Below the pieces are notes generated by a model. That model searched no databases. It was not told the origin of the DNA and worked only from the letters and a program-made list of their open reading frames with translations. The translations under genes and the position numbers were made by a program. Positions 9,795 through 18,864 of a stretch of DNA of 64,000 nucleotides are shown in pieces. How positions within the stretch are numbered: the stretch's first letter is position 1; each line of letters begins with the position of its first letter. The DNA is from an uncultured delta proteobacterium (lineage in GTDB: Bacteria; Myxococcota; Myxococcia; Myxococcales; Anaeromyxobacteraceae), in contig CAWJSR010000045.1 in NCBI GenBank assembly GCA_963845515.1, forward strand, positions 128,001-192,000, in the 5' to 3' direction.

Positions 9795-10525
9795 TCCCGG
9801 GCGGCCGCGCGGCGGTCCTCGTCCACGCGGCGCTCGCCGTCGGGACCCTCGCAGCCTTCGCCGTGGTCCGCCCGCCGCCGCCCGCGCGGCTCGCCGGGCG
9901 GACAGGCGCCATCGCGGCGGCCGGCCGGTGGGCCTACTGGGCCTCCCGGCCGCTCGTCGTCGCGGCGGGCAAGGTCGGCCTCTCCGCCGACGCGATCACG
10001 CTCCTCGGCCTCGCGCTCTCGATCGTGGCCGGCCTGGCGGCCGGGCTCGGGGCGTGGGGCTGGAGCGCGGTCCTCCTGGTCTGGGGTGGGCTCTGCGACA
10101 TGCTCGACGGCGAGATCGCGCGCCTCCGCGGGCGCGTGACGAAGGCGGGCGCCTTCCTCGACTCCAACCTGGATCGGCTCGCCGAGGTGGCGCTCTTCTT
10201 CGGGCTCGCCGCGGGCTTCCCGGACCGGCGCGGCGGTGTCCTTGCGATGGCGGCGCTCGTCGCCTCGATCCTCGTCTCGTACGCCCGCGCGCGCGGCGAG
10301 GGGCTGGGCGTCGACTGCCCGCCGTTCGGCCTGGAGAGGCCGCACCGCCTGGTGCTCGTCCTCGCCGCCCTGCTGGTCGCCCCCTTCCTTCCCGCGGTGC
10401 GCGCCGTGATCGTGCTGGAGCTCGTCTGCGGCGCCGTCGCGGCAGGCGCTGGCCTGACGGCCCTGGGGCGCATCGTCGTCATCCGCGGGATCCTGCTGCG
10501 GGGCGAGTCGAAGCGGCCGGGATGA
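9791..10525 (+). CDS. pgsA: CDP-alcohol phosphatidyltransferase, probable phosphatidylinositol-phosphate synthase
   Basis: D.LDG..AR...T.AG.FLDS.LD signature, SY.RAR.E; ATGA-coupled to ino1. Confidence 0.85.
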   Translation: MIPGGRAAVLVHAALAVGTLAAFAVVRPPPPARLAGRTGAIAAAGRWAYWASRPLVVAAGKVGLSADAITLLGLALSIVAGLAAGLGAWGWSAVLLVWGGLCDMLDGEIARLRGRVTKAGAFLDSNLDRLAEVALFFGLAAGFPDRRGGVLAMAALVASILVSYARARGEGLGVDCPPFGLERPHRLVLVLAALLVAPFLPAVRAVIVLELVCGAVAAGAGLTALGRIVVIRGILLRGESKRPG

Positions 10526-11627
10526 AGGTCGGCATCTTCACCCCGTACGACCTCTCCCACGAGGGCGGCGTCAACCGGCACGCCCGGGCGCTCGCCCGCG
10601 CGCTGGAGCGGTGCGGTCACTCGGCCCGCGTCATCGGCCCGGCGAGTGGAGCCGTCCCCGAGGGGTGCGAGGGGATCCGCGGTGTCGTCCCGATCCGCGC
10701 GAACGGCTCGGTGGCCCGCATCGGCCTCTTCGCCTCCAGCGGTGCGGTGGCGCGGATCCTGGAGCGCGAGCGGTTCGACCTCCTCCACGTCCACGAGCCG
10801 CTCGTCCCCGGGCCGGCGCGGATCGCGCTGCGGCTCGCCAGTGTCCCGGTGGTCGCGACCTTCCACGCGAACAGCGAGCGGGAGCTGCCGCTCCAGGCGC
10901 TGGCGCGCCGGATCGGGGCGGTCGGGCTCTCCCGGATCGCCCACGGCATCGCGGTCTCGCGCCAGGCGAAGCGCTTCTCGCGGGTCATCTACCGGGGCCG
11001 GACGGCCGTGATCCCGAACGGCGTCGACCTCGCCCACTACGCCGCGGCGATCCGGCCGGTCGACCCGCGTCGCCGGCGAAGGGCGCCCTGAAGATCCTCT
11101 TCGTCGGGCGGTTCGGCGAGCCGCGGAAGGGGCTGCCGGTCCTGCTCGACGCCGCGTCGCGCCTCGTCGCCTCGGGGCGGCAGGTGGAGCTCTCCATCGC
11201 CGGCGACGGCCCTCGCGAGAGGTTCGAGGCGGCCGCCCGCCGCGCCAACGCCCGCTTCCTGTGGCGCGTCGACGACCGCGAGATCCTGGACGCGCTCGCC
11301 GGGTGCGACGTCTTCTGCGCGCCGTCGCTCCACGGCGAGAGCTTCGGGATGGTGGTGGTCGAGGCGATGGCGGCCGGCTGCCCGGTGGTCGCGAGCGACA
11401 TCCCCGGCTACGCCGAGGCGGCGCGCGGCGCGGCCGTCCTCGTGCCGCCAGGCAGGCCCGCGGAGCTGGCCGAGGCGCTCTGGCGCGTGGGGCAGGACGG
11501 GCCGCTCAGGGCGCGGCTCGCCGAGGGTGGCCTCGCGCGCGTTCAGGTGCTCGACTGGTCCCGCGTGGCGGAGCAGGTCCTGCGCATCTACCGGCGCGCC
11601 GGCGCCCCACCGGAGGGAGCTCGGTGA
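10522..11627 (+). CDS. pimA: GT4 glycosyltransferase, PimA-like phosphatidylinositol mannosyltransferase (frameshift near 11065)
   Basis: PY.....GGV..H, VPI.ANGSVAR, FDLLHVHEP, PVVATFH, IPNGVD, FVGR..EPRKG, GESFGMV.VEAMAAG match mycobacterial PimA motifs as recalled. Confidence 0.8.
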
Positions 11628-12334
11628 CCGAGACGAAGCACTTCCCCAGCCACCCGCTGACGCAGTGGCTGCTCCTCACGCCGCTGCGCCCGTTCTTCCG
11701 GGTCTGGTTCCGCCCGCGCGTCAGCGGGCTGGAGCTCGTGCCGAAGGACAGGCCGGTCGTGTTCGTCGCGAAGCACCCGAGGAGCTTCCTGTACTTCGAG
11801 ACCATCCTGCTCGGCTTCATCGTCTACTGGGTGAAGCGCGACCGGCCCCTCATCCGGCCCATGGAGCAGCGGAACACGTCGATCCACCGCGCACCGATCC
11901 TCGGCTGGATCCGGCGCAACGTGAACTCGGTGGAGGCGACCGAGGAGGCTGGCCTCGCCACGCTCGCGGCCGGCGAGTCGGTCCTCATCTACCCCGGCGG
12001 TGGGCGAGACCTGTACGGGCCGCCCGACCGGCTCGACTGGAACGGCCGCCGAGGCTTCGCGCGGCTCGCCGCCAGGGCGCGCGCGCTCGTCGTGCCGGTG
12101 GCCATGGTCGGGGCCGATCGTCAGCATCCGTGGCGCATCCCGCTCGGAGGGAGGCGGAGCCTCTGGTTCCCGCCCTTCCCGCTCCCGGTCCGGATCGACT
12201 ACGCGTTCGGCGCGCCGCTGGAGCCGCCACCGCCCGACGATGCCGACGCCGTCGCGGACTTTGCCGAGAGGGTCGCCGAGACGACGCAGGCGCTCATCGA
12301 CCGGACCGCCGGCGAGCGGGGGAGGAACGGATGA
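11624..12334 (+). CDS. Lysophospholipid acyltransferase family protein
   Basis: VVFVAKH, IYPGG, RGFARLA, VPVAMVG; GTGA overlap. Confidence 0.85.
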   Translation: MTETKHFPSHPLTQWLLLTPLRPFFRVWFRPRVSGLELVPKDRPVVFVAKHPRSFLYFETILLGFIVYWVKRDRPLIRPMEQRNTSIHRAPILGWIRRNVNSVEATEEAGLATLAAGESVLIYPGGGRDLYGPPDRLDWNGRRGFARLAARARALVVPVAMVGADRQHPWRIPLGGRRSLWFPPFPLPVRIDYAFGAPLEPPPPDDADAVADFAERVAETTQALIDRTAGERGRNG

Positions 12335-13047
12335 GCGCGCGGCTGCCGGAGCTCGACCTGATGCACCCCGGCTACAGGGTCCTCGCGGTCCTGGCCGAGG
12401 CCTCCACCCGCTACCATCGGACCCGCCTTCGCGGCACGCCGCCCGCGGGGCCGTGCATCTACGTCGCGCTCCACGGCGCGGGCTACTTCGTCTTCGACCT
12501 GTGCATCGCTGGCTACTGCGTCGCCTGGCGGGAGTTCCTCCAGCGCAGGGGCCCGCGCATACCGCTCCGGATCGTGGCCGCGGAGAGCAGGATCGAGAAG
12601 GCGCTCCCCGGCCTGCCGCGCGTCAAGATCGCCTTCGGCCTGATCGATCGCAGCGAGGAGAGCTGCCTCGAGGCGCTGCGTGCCGGCGAGCAGCTGCTCG
12701 TCACGCCCGGCGGCTCGCGCGAGGCGCAGCCGTCGCGCGACTTCTACCGGCTCCGCTGGGATGGGCGGTACGGCTTCGTCAGGCTGGCGCTCCAGACGGG
12801 CGCGCCGATCGTCCCGCTGGCGGTGGTAGGCGGGGCGGAGGCCTACCCGGGCTTCCGCTTCGGGAAGCTCAGCTTCTGGTCGCCAGTCCCGCTCCCCGCC
12901 CGCTTCGACGTCGCCCTGGGCGAGCCGATCCTGGTGGAGAAGGCCCCGGAGAAGGCGCGCGACGTCTCGGTGCTGAGGCCGATCCAGGAGCTCGCCTGGA
13001 GCCGCACGCAGGCGCTCATCGACCAGCTCCGGTCGGAGCGGCGCTGA
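12331..13047 (+). CDS. Lysophospholipid acyltransferase family protein (second paralog)
   Basis: IYVALH, TPGGSRE, GFVRLAL.TGAPIVP..VVG.E; ATGA overlap. Confidence 0.85.
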   Translation: MSARLPELDLMHPGYRVLAVLAEASTRYHRTRLRGTPPAGPCIYVALHGAGYFVFDLCIAGYCVAWREFLQRRGPRIPLRIVAAESRIEKALPGLPRVKIAFGLIDRSEESCLEALRAGEQLLVTPGGSREAQPSRDFYRLRWDGRYGFVRLALQTGAPIVPLAVVGGAEAYPGFRFGKLSFWSPVPLPARFDVALGEPILVEKAPEKARDVSVLRPIQELAWSRTQALIDQLRSERR

Positions 13048-13137
13048 CGACCCGCGTTCGCGGGACTTGCCGAGCGCTCACGGATCGGATCTTCTCGTCA
13101 CGGGCGAGGTGCGACCTCGCCACCCTGGGGGGGTAAC

Positions 13138-13989
13138 GTGATTCGATCCAAGCAGGCAGCTCTCTCCGTGGCCATCGCCGCTGGACTCTCCGCGGCCTGC
13201 GCCCACGCCGCTCGGCCGGCCGTACTCCAGGTCGAGGGAGCGCACGAGTCGGTGGTCCGTGCGGCCGCCGCCTACGCGGCGCTGGAGAAGCAGGAGGTGG
13301 AGAAGCTCTCGCGACTCCTCGACGGCCTGATCGCCGACCCCGTCGTCGTCGCCGCGTACACGGCGCGGGACCGCGAGAGGCTGCTCGCCAAGACCCGCGG
13401 CAGGTTCGAGAAGCTGAAGGCCACGCAGGGGATCACCCACTGGTACTTCCTCGACCAGGCGCCTGCGCGCACCTGCTTCCTGCGCGTCCACGCCCCCACG
13501 CTCTTCGGCGACGTCGTGGGGCGGGAGACCTTCTCGCGGGCGATCGCGTCGAAGGAGATCGGCTTCGGCAAGGAGCTGGGGAAGACCGCCTTCGCGCTCC
13601 GCGTCGTGAAGCCGATCCGCGTCAAGGGCGCGATCGTCGGCTACATGGAGCTGGGTGAGGAGATCGGCGACTTCCTGGTCGAGATGAAGAAGAGGACGGG
13701 GGACGACTTCGGGCTCCTCGTGGACAAGAAGCGGATCGACCGCAAGGAGCTGGCGAAGGTTCGCGGTGAGGACCACTGGGACGAGCTGGCGTACGTGGCG
13801 CTCGTCGACAGCACCGTCTGGAACGATCGGCTGGTCGACATCCCCGTTCCCCCGGAGCAGATCCCGGACGCGGGCATCCGCACCGGGGAGTGGACCGATG
13901 GTACCCGGAAGTTCCTGGGCGGCGCTTTTCCGGTGCGCGACGCCGGCGACAAGGTCGTCGGCGCCCTCTACGTTCGCCACCCGCTGTAG
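13138..13989 (+). CDS. Stand-alone Cache-like sensor-domain lipoprotein
   Basis: Lipobox-like LSAAC; FLRVH.P..FGD, G.ELGK, RVV.PI, G.ELG, FPVRD.G...VG typical of dCache_3-type domains; no output domain. Confidence 0.6.
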   Translation: MIRSKQAALSVAIAAGLSAACAHAARPAVLQVEGAHESVVRAAAAYAALEKQEVEKLSRLLDGLIADPVVVAAYTARDRERLLAKTRGRFEKLKATQGITHWYFLDQAPARTCFLRVHAPTLFGDVVGRETFSRAIASKEIGFGKELGKTAFALRVVKPIRVKGAIVGYMELGEEIGDFLVEMKKRTGDDFGLLVDKKRIDRKELAKVRGEDHWDELAYVALVDSTVWNDRLVDIPVPPEQIPDAGIRTGEWTDGTRKFLGGAFPVRDAGDKVVGALYVRHPL

Positions 13990-14058
13990 CGGCGCGGGGG
14001 GCGGGGCGGCGGTCGAGCGCTTGCTCCGGGCCGGCGGGCCCGCCATCCTCGCGCCCCG

Positions 14059-14712
14059 ATGACCGACCTCTGGATAGCGAGCGACTGGCACCTCGGCCCG
14101 GACGGCCCACCGGACCACGCCCGGCTGGCGCTCGCGTTCCTCGAGCGGGCCCGGGCGGCCGGCGTCGAGGTGATCCTGAACGGCGACGTCTTCGACGACC
14201 TCTTCGCCGGTCCCGGGCGGGCGCAGGCGTCGCACCCCGGAGTCGCCGCGGTCATCTCCATGATGCAGGACGCGGGCCGGCTGCGGCGCACGTGCGGCAA
14301 CCACGATCCAGGCGCCGGCCCCGAGCGGATCGTCCTGGATCGGCCGGGCGTCGGGCGCATCCTCGTTTCGCATGGCCACGCGCTCGATCCGATCAACGCC
14401 TCTCCGGTCGGCCGGCTGGGCGATGCCATCTCGCGTCACTTCGGGCGGACCCCGCTGGTGCGCGGGGCCGCAAGGCTCGCCGAGGTGGTGGCGCGCTCGC
14501 TGGCCGAGGACCAGATGATCGCGGTCTTCCGCGCACGCTGCCTCCGCGCCGTCGCCGCGGGCGGCTTCGGCCTCGGCGTGTTCGGTCACGTCCACCGCGC
14601 ACATCTCGTGGCGGGCGATCCGTACGTCAACGCCGGTTGCCTGGACGATGACGGCCTCGCCTACGTGGTCATGGATGGGCACGGCGCCCGGCTGGAGCGG
14701 CTCGCCCCCTGA
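14059..14712 (+). CDS. Calcineurin-like metallophosphoesterase (LpxH-like)
   Basis: SDWHLG, NGDVFD, GNHD, SHGH, FGHVH, YVNAG. Confidence 0.85.
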   Translation: MTDLWIASDWHLGPDGPPDHARLALAFLERARAAGVEVILNGDVFDDLFAGPGRAQASHPGVAAVISMMQDAGRLRRTCGNHDPGAGPERIVLDRPGVGRILVSHGHALDPINASPVGRLGDAISRHFGRTPLVRGAARLAEVVARSLAEDQMIAVFRARCLRAVAAGGFGLGVFGHVHRAHLVAGDPYVNAGCLDDDGLAYVVMDGHGARLERLAP

Positions 14713-14806
14713 TCTCGCCCCCCATACGGGACGTGCCCTTGGAGGTATCGAGGCGCATATTCGGGGCTCCCGATCACGAACCCTTTCACCCCCAGGGGGA
14801 AGAACC

Positions 14807-15304
14807 ATGCCTACGACCAACGAGAATCTCTCGACCGCCTTCGCCGGCGAGAGCCAGGCCAACCGCAAGTACCTCGCCTTCGCGAGGCAGGCGGAGAAGG
14901 AGGGGTTGCCGCAGATCGCCAAGCTCTTCCGCGCCGCTGCCGACGCCGAGACGATCCACGCGCACTACCACCTCGGGAACATGGGCGGGGTGGGGAACAC
15001 GCTGAAGAACCTGGAGGAGGCGGTCGGCGGCGAGACCTACGAGTTCACGTCGATGTACCCCCCGATGCTGGCGCAGGCGCAGGCGGAGAACCACAAGTCG
15101 AAGATCGCCTTCAACTACGCGCTGGAGGCCGAGAAGGTCCACGCCAGGCTCTTCACGCAGGCGCTGGAGGCGATGAAGGCCGGGCAGGACCTCTCGAAGA
15201 TGGACGTCTACCTCTGCCCGGTCTGCGGCGACGTCGAGTTCGGCGAGGCGCCGGACAAGTGCCCGATCTGCGGCGCGCCGAAGGCCAGGTTCGAGAAGAT
15301 CTGA
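14807..15304 (+). CDS. rbr: Rubrerythrin
   Basis: FAGESQANRKY, AE..HA di-iron motifs, C-terminal CPVCG/CPICG. Confidence 0.95.
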   Translation: MPTTNENLSTAFAGESQANRKYLAFARQAEKEGLPQIAKLFRAAADAETIHAHYHLGNMGGVGNTLKNLEEAVGGETYEFTSMYPPMLAQAQAENHKSKIAFNYALEAEKVHARLFTQALEAMKAGQDLSKMDVYLCPVCGDVEFGEAPDKCPICGAPKARFEKI

Positions 15305-15326
15305 AATTCGGCTACAAGCTCGGAGC

Positions 15327-17813
15327 ATGAGCCTCTCCGAGAAGTGGGTTCGGTTCTCAGATCGGTGGCGCCTGGCGGTCCTCCTGACGACGGGCGCCAT
15401 CGCGGCCCTGGGGCTCTGGGGGACCGTCCGGCTCTACTCCGACCTGCGGCCGGACATCGCCGAGCTGCTCCCTGCGCGCAGCCGCAGCGCGCTCGACCTC
15501 GACGAGGTCACACGCCGCGTGGGCGGCTTCGCGGAGGCGACGATCGTCCTCCACGGCGCCGACAAGGGGACGCTGGCGCTCTTCGCGGACGACCTGGCGG
15601 AGAAGCTCGCCGACGCTCCGCCCGACCTCGTCCGCTGGGTCGAGTATCGCGTCGACGGCCTGCGCGACTTCTACCAGCGGCGCGTCCTGCTCTTCCTCGC
15701 CCCCGAGGAGCTCGTCGCGCTGCGCGACACCCTGACGGCCAGGTTCGCGTGGGAGCGGGACGCGGCGAAGGGGCGCGCGCGGGGGCCAGCCCCCGAAGTC
15801 GAGGCGCTGATCGAGACGCTCTCCGCCCGCGCGAAGGGGGCCGGCGGCGGAGCGCTCGAGCGCTTCCCCGACGGCTACTACGTCGGCGAGGTCCCCGGGC
15901 GGAGGCCCGGAGAGACGATGACCGCGCTGGCGCTGCTCGTCCGCGTGGCCGGGGCGCAGGACGACTACGCGAAGGTGCTCCGGCTCGACCGCTACCTCAA
16001 GGAGACCGTCGCGGGGCTCGACCCGAAGGGCGCAGGGGTGGAGGTCGCCTGGGGCGGCTTCGTCGCCTCCAACATCATGGAGCACGACGCGCTGGCGGAG
16101 GACCTCGTCCTCGCGACGCTCCTCGTCATCCTCGCCGTCGCGGCCTCGGTCTGGATCTACAACCGGACCTGGCGTTCGCTGTTCGGCGTGGGCATCCCGC
16201 TGTTCGCCGGCGCCTTCGCGACGTTCGGCGTGGCCGAGCTCCTGGTCGGTCACCTCAACTCCAACACCGCCTTCCTGGGATCGATCGTCGTCGGCAACGG
16301 CATCAACGTCGGGCTCATCCTCTTTGCCCGCTACCTGGAGGAGCGTCGCCACGGCCGCGCGCCGCAGGAGGCGATGGTCGTGGCGGTCTCCTCCACCTGG
16401 CTCGCGACCCTCACCGCCGCGCTCGCCGCGGCGGTCGCCTACGGCTCGCTCCTCTCGACGGACTTCCGGGGCTTCAACCAGTTCGGCCTGATCGGCTTCG
16501 TCGGGCTCTCCTTCTCCTGGATCTTCTCCTACGCCGTGACTCCGGCGCTCGCGCTCGCCTGGGAGCGGCGCGGCCCGTTCGTTGCGCCGGGCGAGCCGCC
16601 GGCGCGCCCCATCTTCACCCGCGCCCTGGCTGGCATCGTGGAGAGGGCGCCCCGCGCGATCGTCGCCATTGCGGCGCTGCTGACGGTCGCCTCGATCGCG
16701 TCGATCGTCCTGCTCGGCCGCGATCCGATCGAGTACGACTTCCGGAAGCTGCGCGACCTCGGCGCGCTGGAGGAGGGCGGGCCGGGCTGGTGGGACCAGC
16801 GCGTCGACGCGATCTTCGGCGATCACCTGACGCCGACGGTCCTCCTCGCGAGGGACGAGGCCGAGGCGGCCGAGATCGCCCGGCGCATCGAGGCACACCG
16901 CGCCGCCAACCCCGGGTCGACGCTCGGCCAGGTCCTCTCGGTCGGGGCGCTCGTGCCCGACAGGCAGGCGGAGAAGCTGCCGATCCTCCGGGAGATCCGT
17001 GCGCTCGCGACCTCGGAGAGCCTCGGGTTCCTCCCGCCGGACCGGCGGATGATGGTCGAGGCGATCCTCCCGCCGCGGGACCTGGAGCCGTTCGGAGCGC
17101 GCGACCTCCCGCTGGAGCTGCGGCGGCAGCTCACCGAGGTGGACGGACGGGTGGGCACGCCGGTGCTCGTGTACGCCGCCGGCGCGATGGACGTCTGGAA
17201 CGGGCGGGACGTCCTACGGTTCGCCGAAGAGCTGCGCTCCATCGAGCTGCCGCGGGAGGAGATCCCGATGGCGAGCGGGATGCTGGTCTTCGCCGACGTC
17301 ATCCACGCCATCCGGACCGACGGTCCGCGCGCCACCTGGCTCGCCTTCGTCGGCGTGGTGGCGCTGCTCCTCGCGGCGTTCGCCGCCGGGAAGCGGAGCG
17401 CACGCTCGCTCGGCGACGCAGGCTGGGTGGTCCTGGCGCTCGTCGCGGGGGTGACCTGGTTCCTCGGGCTCGCCTTCGCGCTGAAGCTGCGGCTGAACAT
17501 GCTCAACTTCATCGCGCTCCCGATCACCTTCGGCATCGGCGTCGACTACGCGACCAACTTCATCCAGCGCCGGCGCGTCGACCACGCCCGGTCGATCGCC
17601 GACGTCGTCCGGACCACCGGCGGCGCCATCGCGCTCTGTTCGCTGACCACGATCCTGGGGTACTCGTCGCTGCTCGTGGCCCGGAACCAGGCGCTCATCT
17701 CGTTCGGGCTCCTCGCCGACCTCGGGGAGCTGACCTGCCTGGCGGCCGCGCTCCTGGCGCTCCCGGCGCTGCTGCGCTGGCGGGAGCTCGCCGTCGAGCG
17801 CCGGCTCCGCTGA
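15327..17813 (+). CDS. MMPL/RND family transporter
   Basis: Two repeats of a periplasmic domain plus TM bundle; GIGVDY, LTTILGY, SFG motifs. Confidence 0.9.
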   Translation: MSLSEKWVRFSDRWRLAVLLTTGAIAALGLWGTVRLYSDLRPDIAELLPARSRSALDLDEVTRRVGGFAEATIVLHGADKGTLALFADDLAEKLADAPPDLVRWVEYRVDGLRDFYQRRVLLFLAPEELVALRDTLTARFAWERDAAKGRARGPAPEVEALIETLSARAKGAGGGALERFPDGYYVGEVPGRRPGETMTALALLVRVAGAQDDYAKVLRLDRYLKETVAGLDPKGAGVEVAWGGFVASNIMEHDALAEDLVLATLLVILAVAASVWIYNRTWRSLFGVGIPLFAGAFATFGVAELLVGHLNSNTAFLGSIVVGNGINVGLILFARYLEERRHGRAPQEAMVVAVSSTWLATLTAALAAAVAYGSLLSTDFRGFNQFGLIGFVGLSFSWIFSYAVTPALALAWERRGPFVAPGEPPARPIFTRALAGIVERAPRAIVAIAALLTVASIASIVLLGRDPIEYDFRKLRDLGALEEGGPGWWDQRVDAIFGDHLTPTVLLARDEAEAAEIARRIEAHRAANPGSTLGQVLSVGALVPDRQAEKLPILREIRALATSESLGFLPPDRRMMVEAILPPRDLEPFGARDLPLELRRQLTEVDGRVGTPVLVYAAGAMDVWNGRDVLRFAEELRSIELPREEIPMASGMLVFADVIHAIRTDGPRATWLAFVGVVALLLAAFAAGKRSARSLGDAGWVVLALVAGVTWFLGLAFALKLRLNMLNFIALPITFGIGVDYATNFIQRRRVDHARSIADVVRTTGGAIALCSLTTILGYSSLLVARNQALISFGLLADLGELTCLAAALLALPALLRWRELAVERRLR

Positions 17814-18229
17814 CCTCGCCAGCGCCCCGCGGGGAGCGCGCCAAATCCCGCACCTCTGCGTGCTTTGACTGACTCCGCACGGGGAATTGGCGCGAAATGC
17901 GCGAGACCACAGCTTGAGGGGTCGGCCCCGTCGTTGCACGGTGCCCGCTGTGCGAGGCTCGCATGTGGCATCTGGAGAGGCTGTACCGCGCCGTGGCCGT
18001 GACCTGCTCGGGGTTGGCCCTGCTCGCGCCGTTGGCGCGGTGGGCGCTCCGCGCCCTCCACTCCGAGGCTATACCCCCTGTTCGGAGCCGCGCGCGGGCA
18101 CGCCCGCTGGCGCGCCCGCGGCGCGCTTCTCCCGGGCTGCGGAGGGTCGGGCCCCGCCTGAGTCGTCGCGTGATGCGGCGGAGCGGCCGGCGTCACGGCG
18201 CGCTCCGGCCCCGCGGTTGGTGACCGCCA

Positions 18230-18706
18230 TCAGACCGACAGGTGGACGGTCCCCTCCTCCTCGGCGAGGATCCGCGCGGCCGCGAGATCCTCCAGAGAGG
18301 GGAGGACGCCAAGCTGGTGCAGCAACCCGAGGCAGTCGTAGAGCGTCCACTGCTCGGCCAGCCGGCTGTCGTGGAACCTCATCTCGCTGATGCCGTCGAA
18401 GGACACCCGCTTGCCGGTCGGGGCGAAGCCGAGGAACGGCCCCTGGTGCGTACCCGTCATGCGCCAGCGACAGACTACGCGGCTCCCCTCGGTCACGATG
18501 TCGTTCACCGAGCAGCGCAGGTCCGGGAAGCCGGCGCGGAAGGACTCCGCGATCTGCCTGGCGTCGTCGAGCGATACGCTCCTGGTGCGCACGGGGTCGT
18601 GGCCCACGTACGAGAGCTCCGAGACCTCCTGAAGGAAGTCCGTGCGACCGCGATCGAAGAGCTGCTCTACGCACTCTCTCGCGAGCGTCTTGATGTCCAT
18701 GGCCAT
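18230..18706 (-). CDS. SnoaL-like ester cyclase family protein
   Basis: GFPDL, RW.MTGTHQG.FLG..PTGK. Confidence 0.85.
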   Translation of the reverse strand: MAMDIKTLARECVEQLFDRGRTDFLQEVSELSYVGHDPVRTRSVSLDDARQIAESFRAGFPDLRCSVNDIVTEGSRVVCRWRMTGTHQGPFLGFAPTGKRVSFDGISEMRFHDSRLAEQWTLYDCLGLLHQLGVLPSLEDLAAARILAEEEGTVHLSV

Positions 18707-18864
18707 GGATGCCTCCTGAGGCCCGCGCGCACGATGCGGTGCCCGGCGCCTTGACCTGTAGCGGGCCCGGACAGTCGATGCTCGCCCCGAGCGCCGGGGG
18801 CGCCTCCCTTTCGGAGCGCGCCCCGACGATGGGGGAGCGGCTGCTTGGGCTAGTATGAGCGGGC

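Noticed and set aside
17963..18223. Small ORF MWHLERLYRAVAV...
   Set aside because: No family motif or clear RBS and a low-complexity Arg-rich tail; cannot support it as a gene
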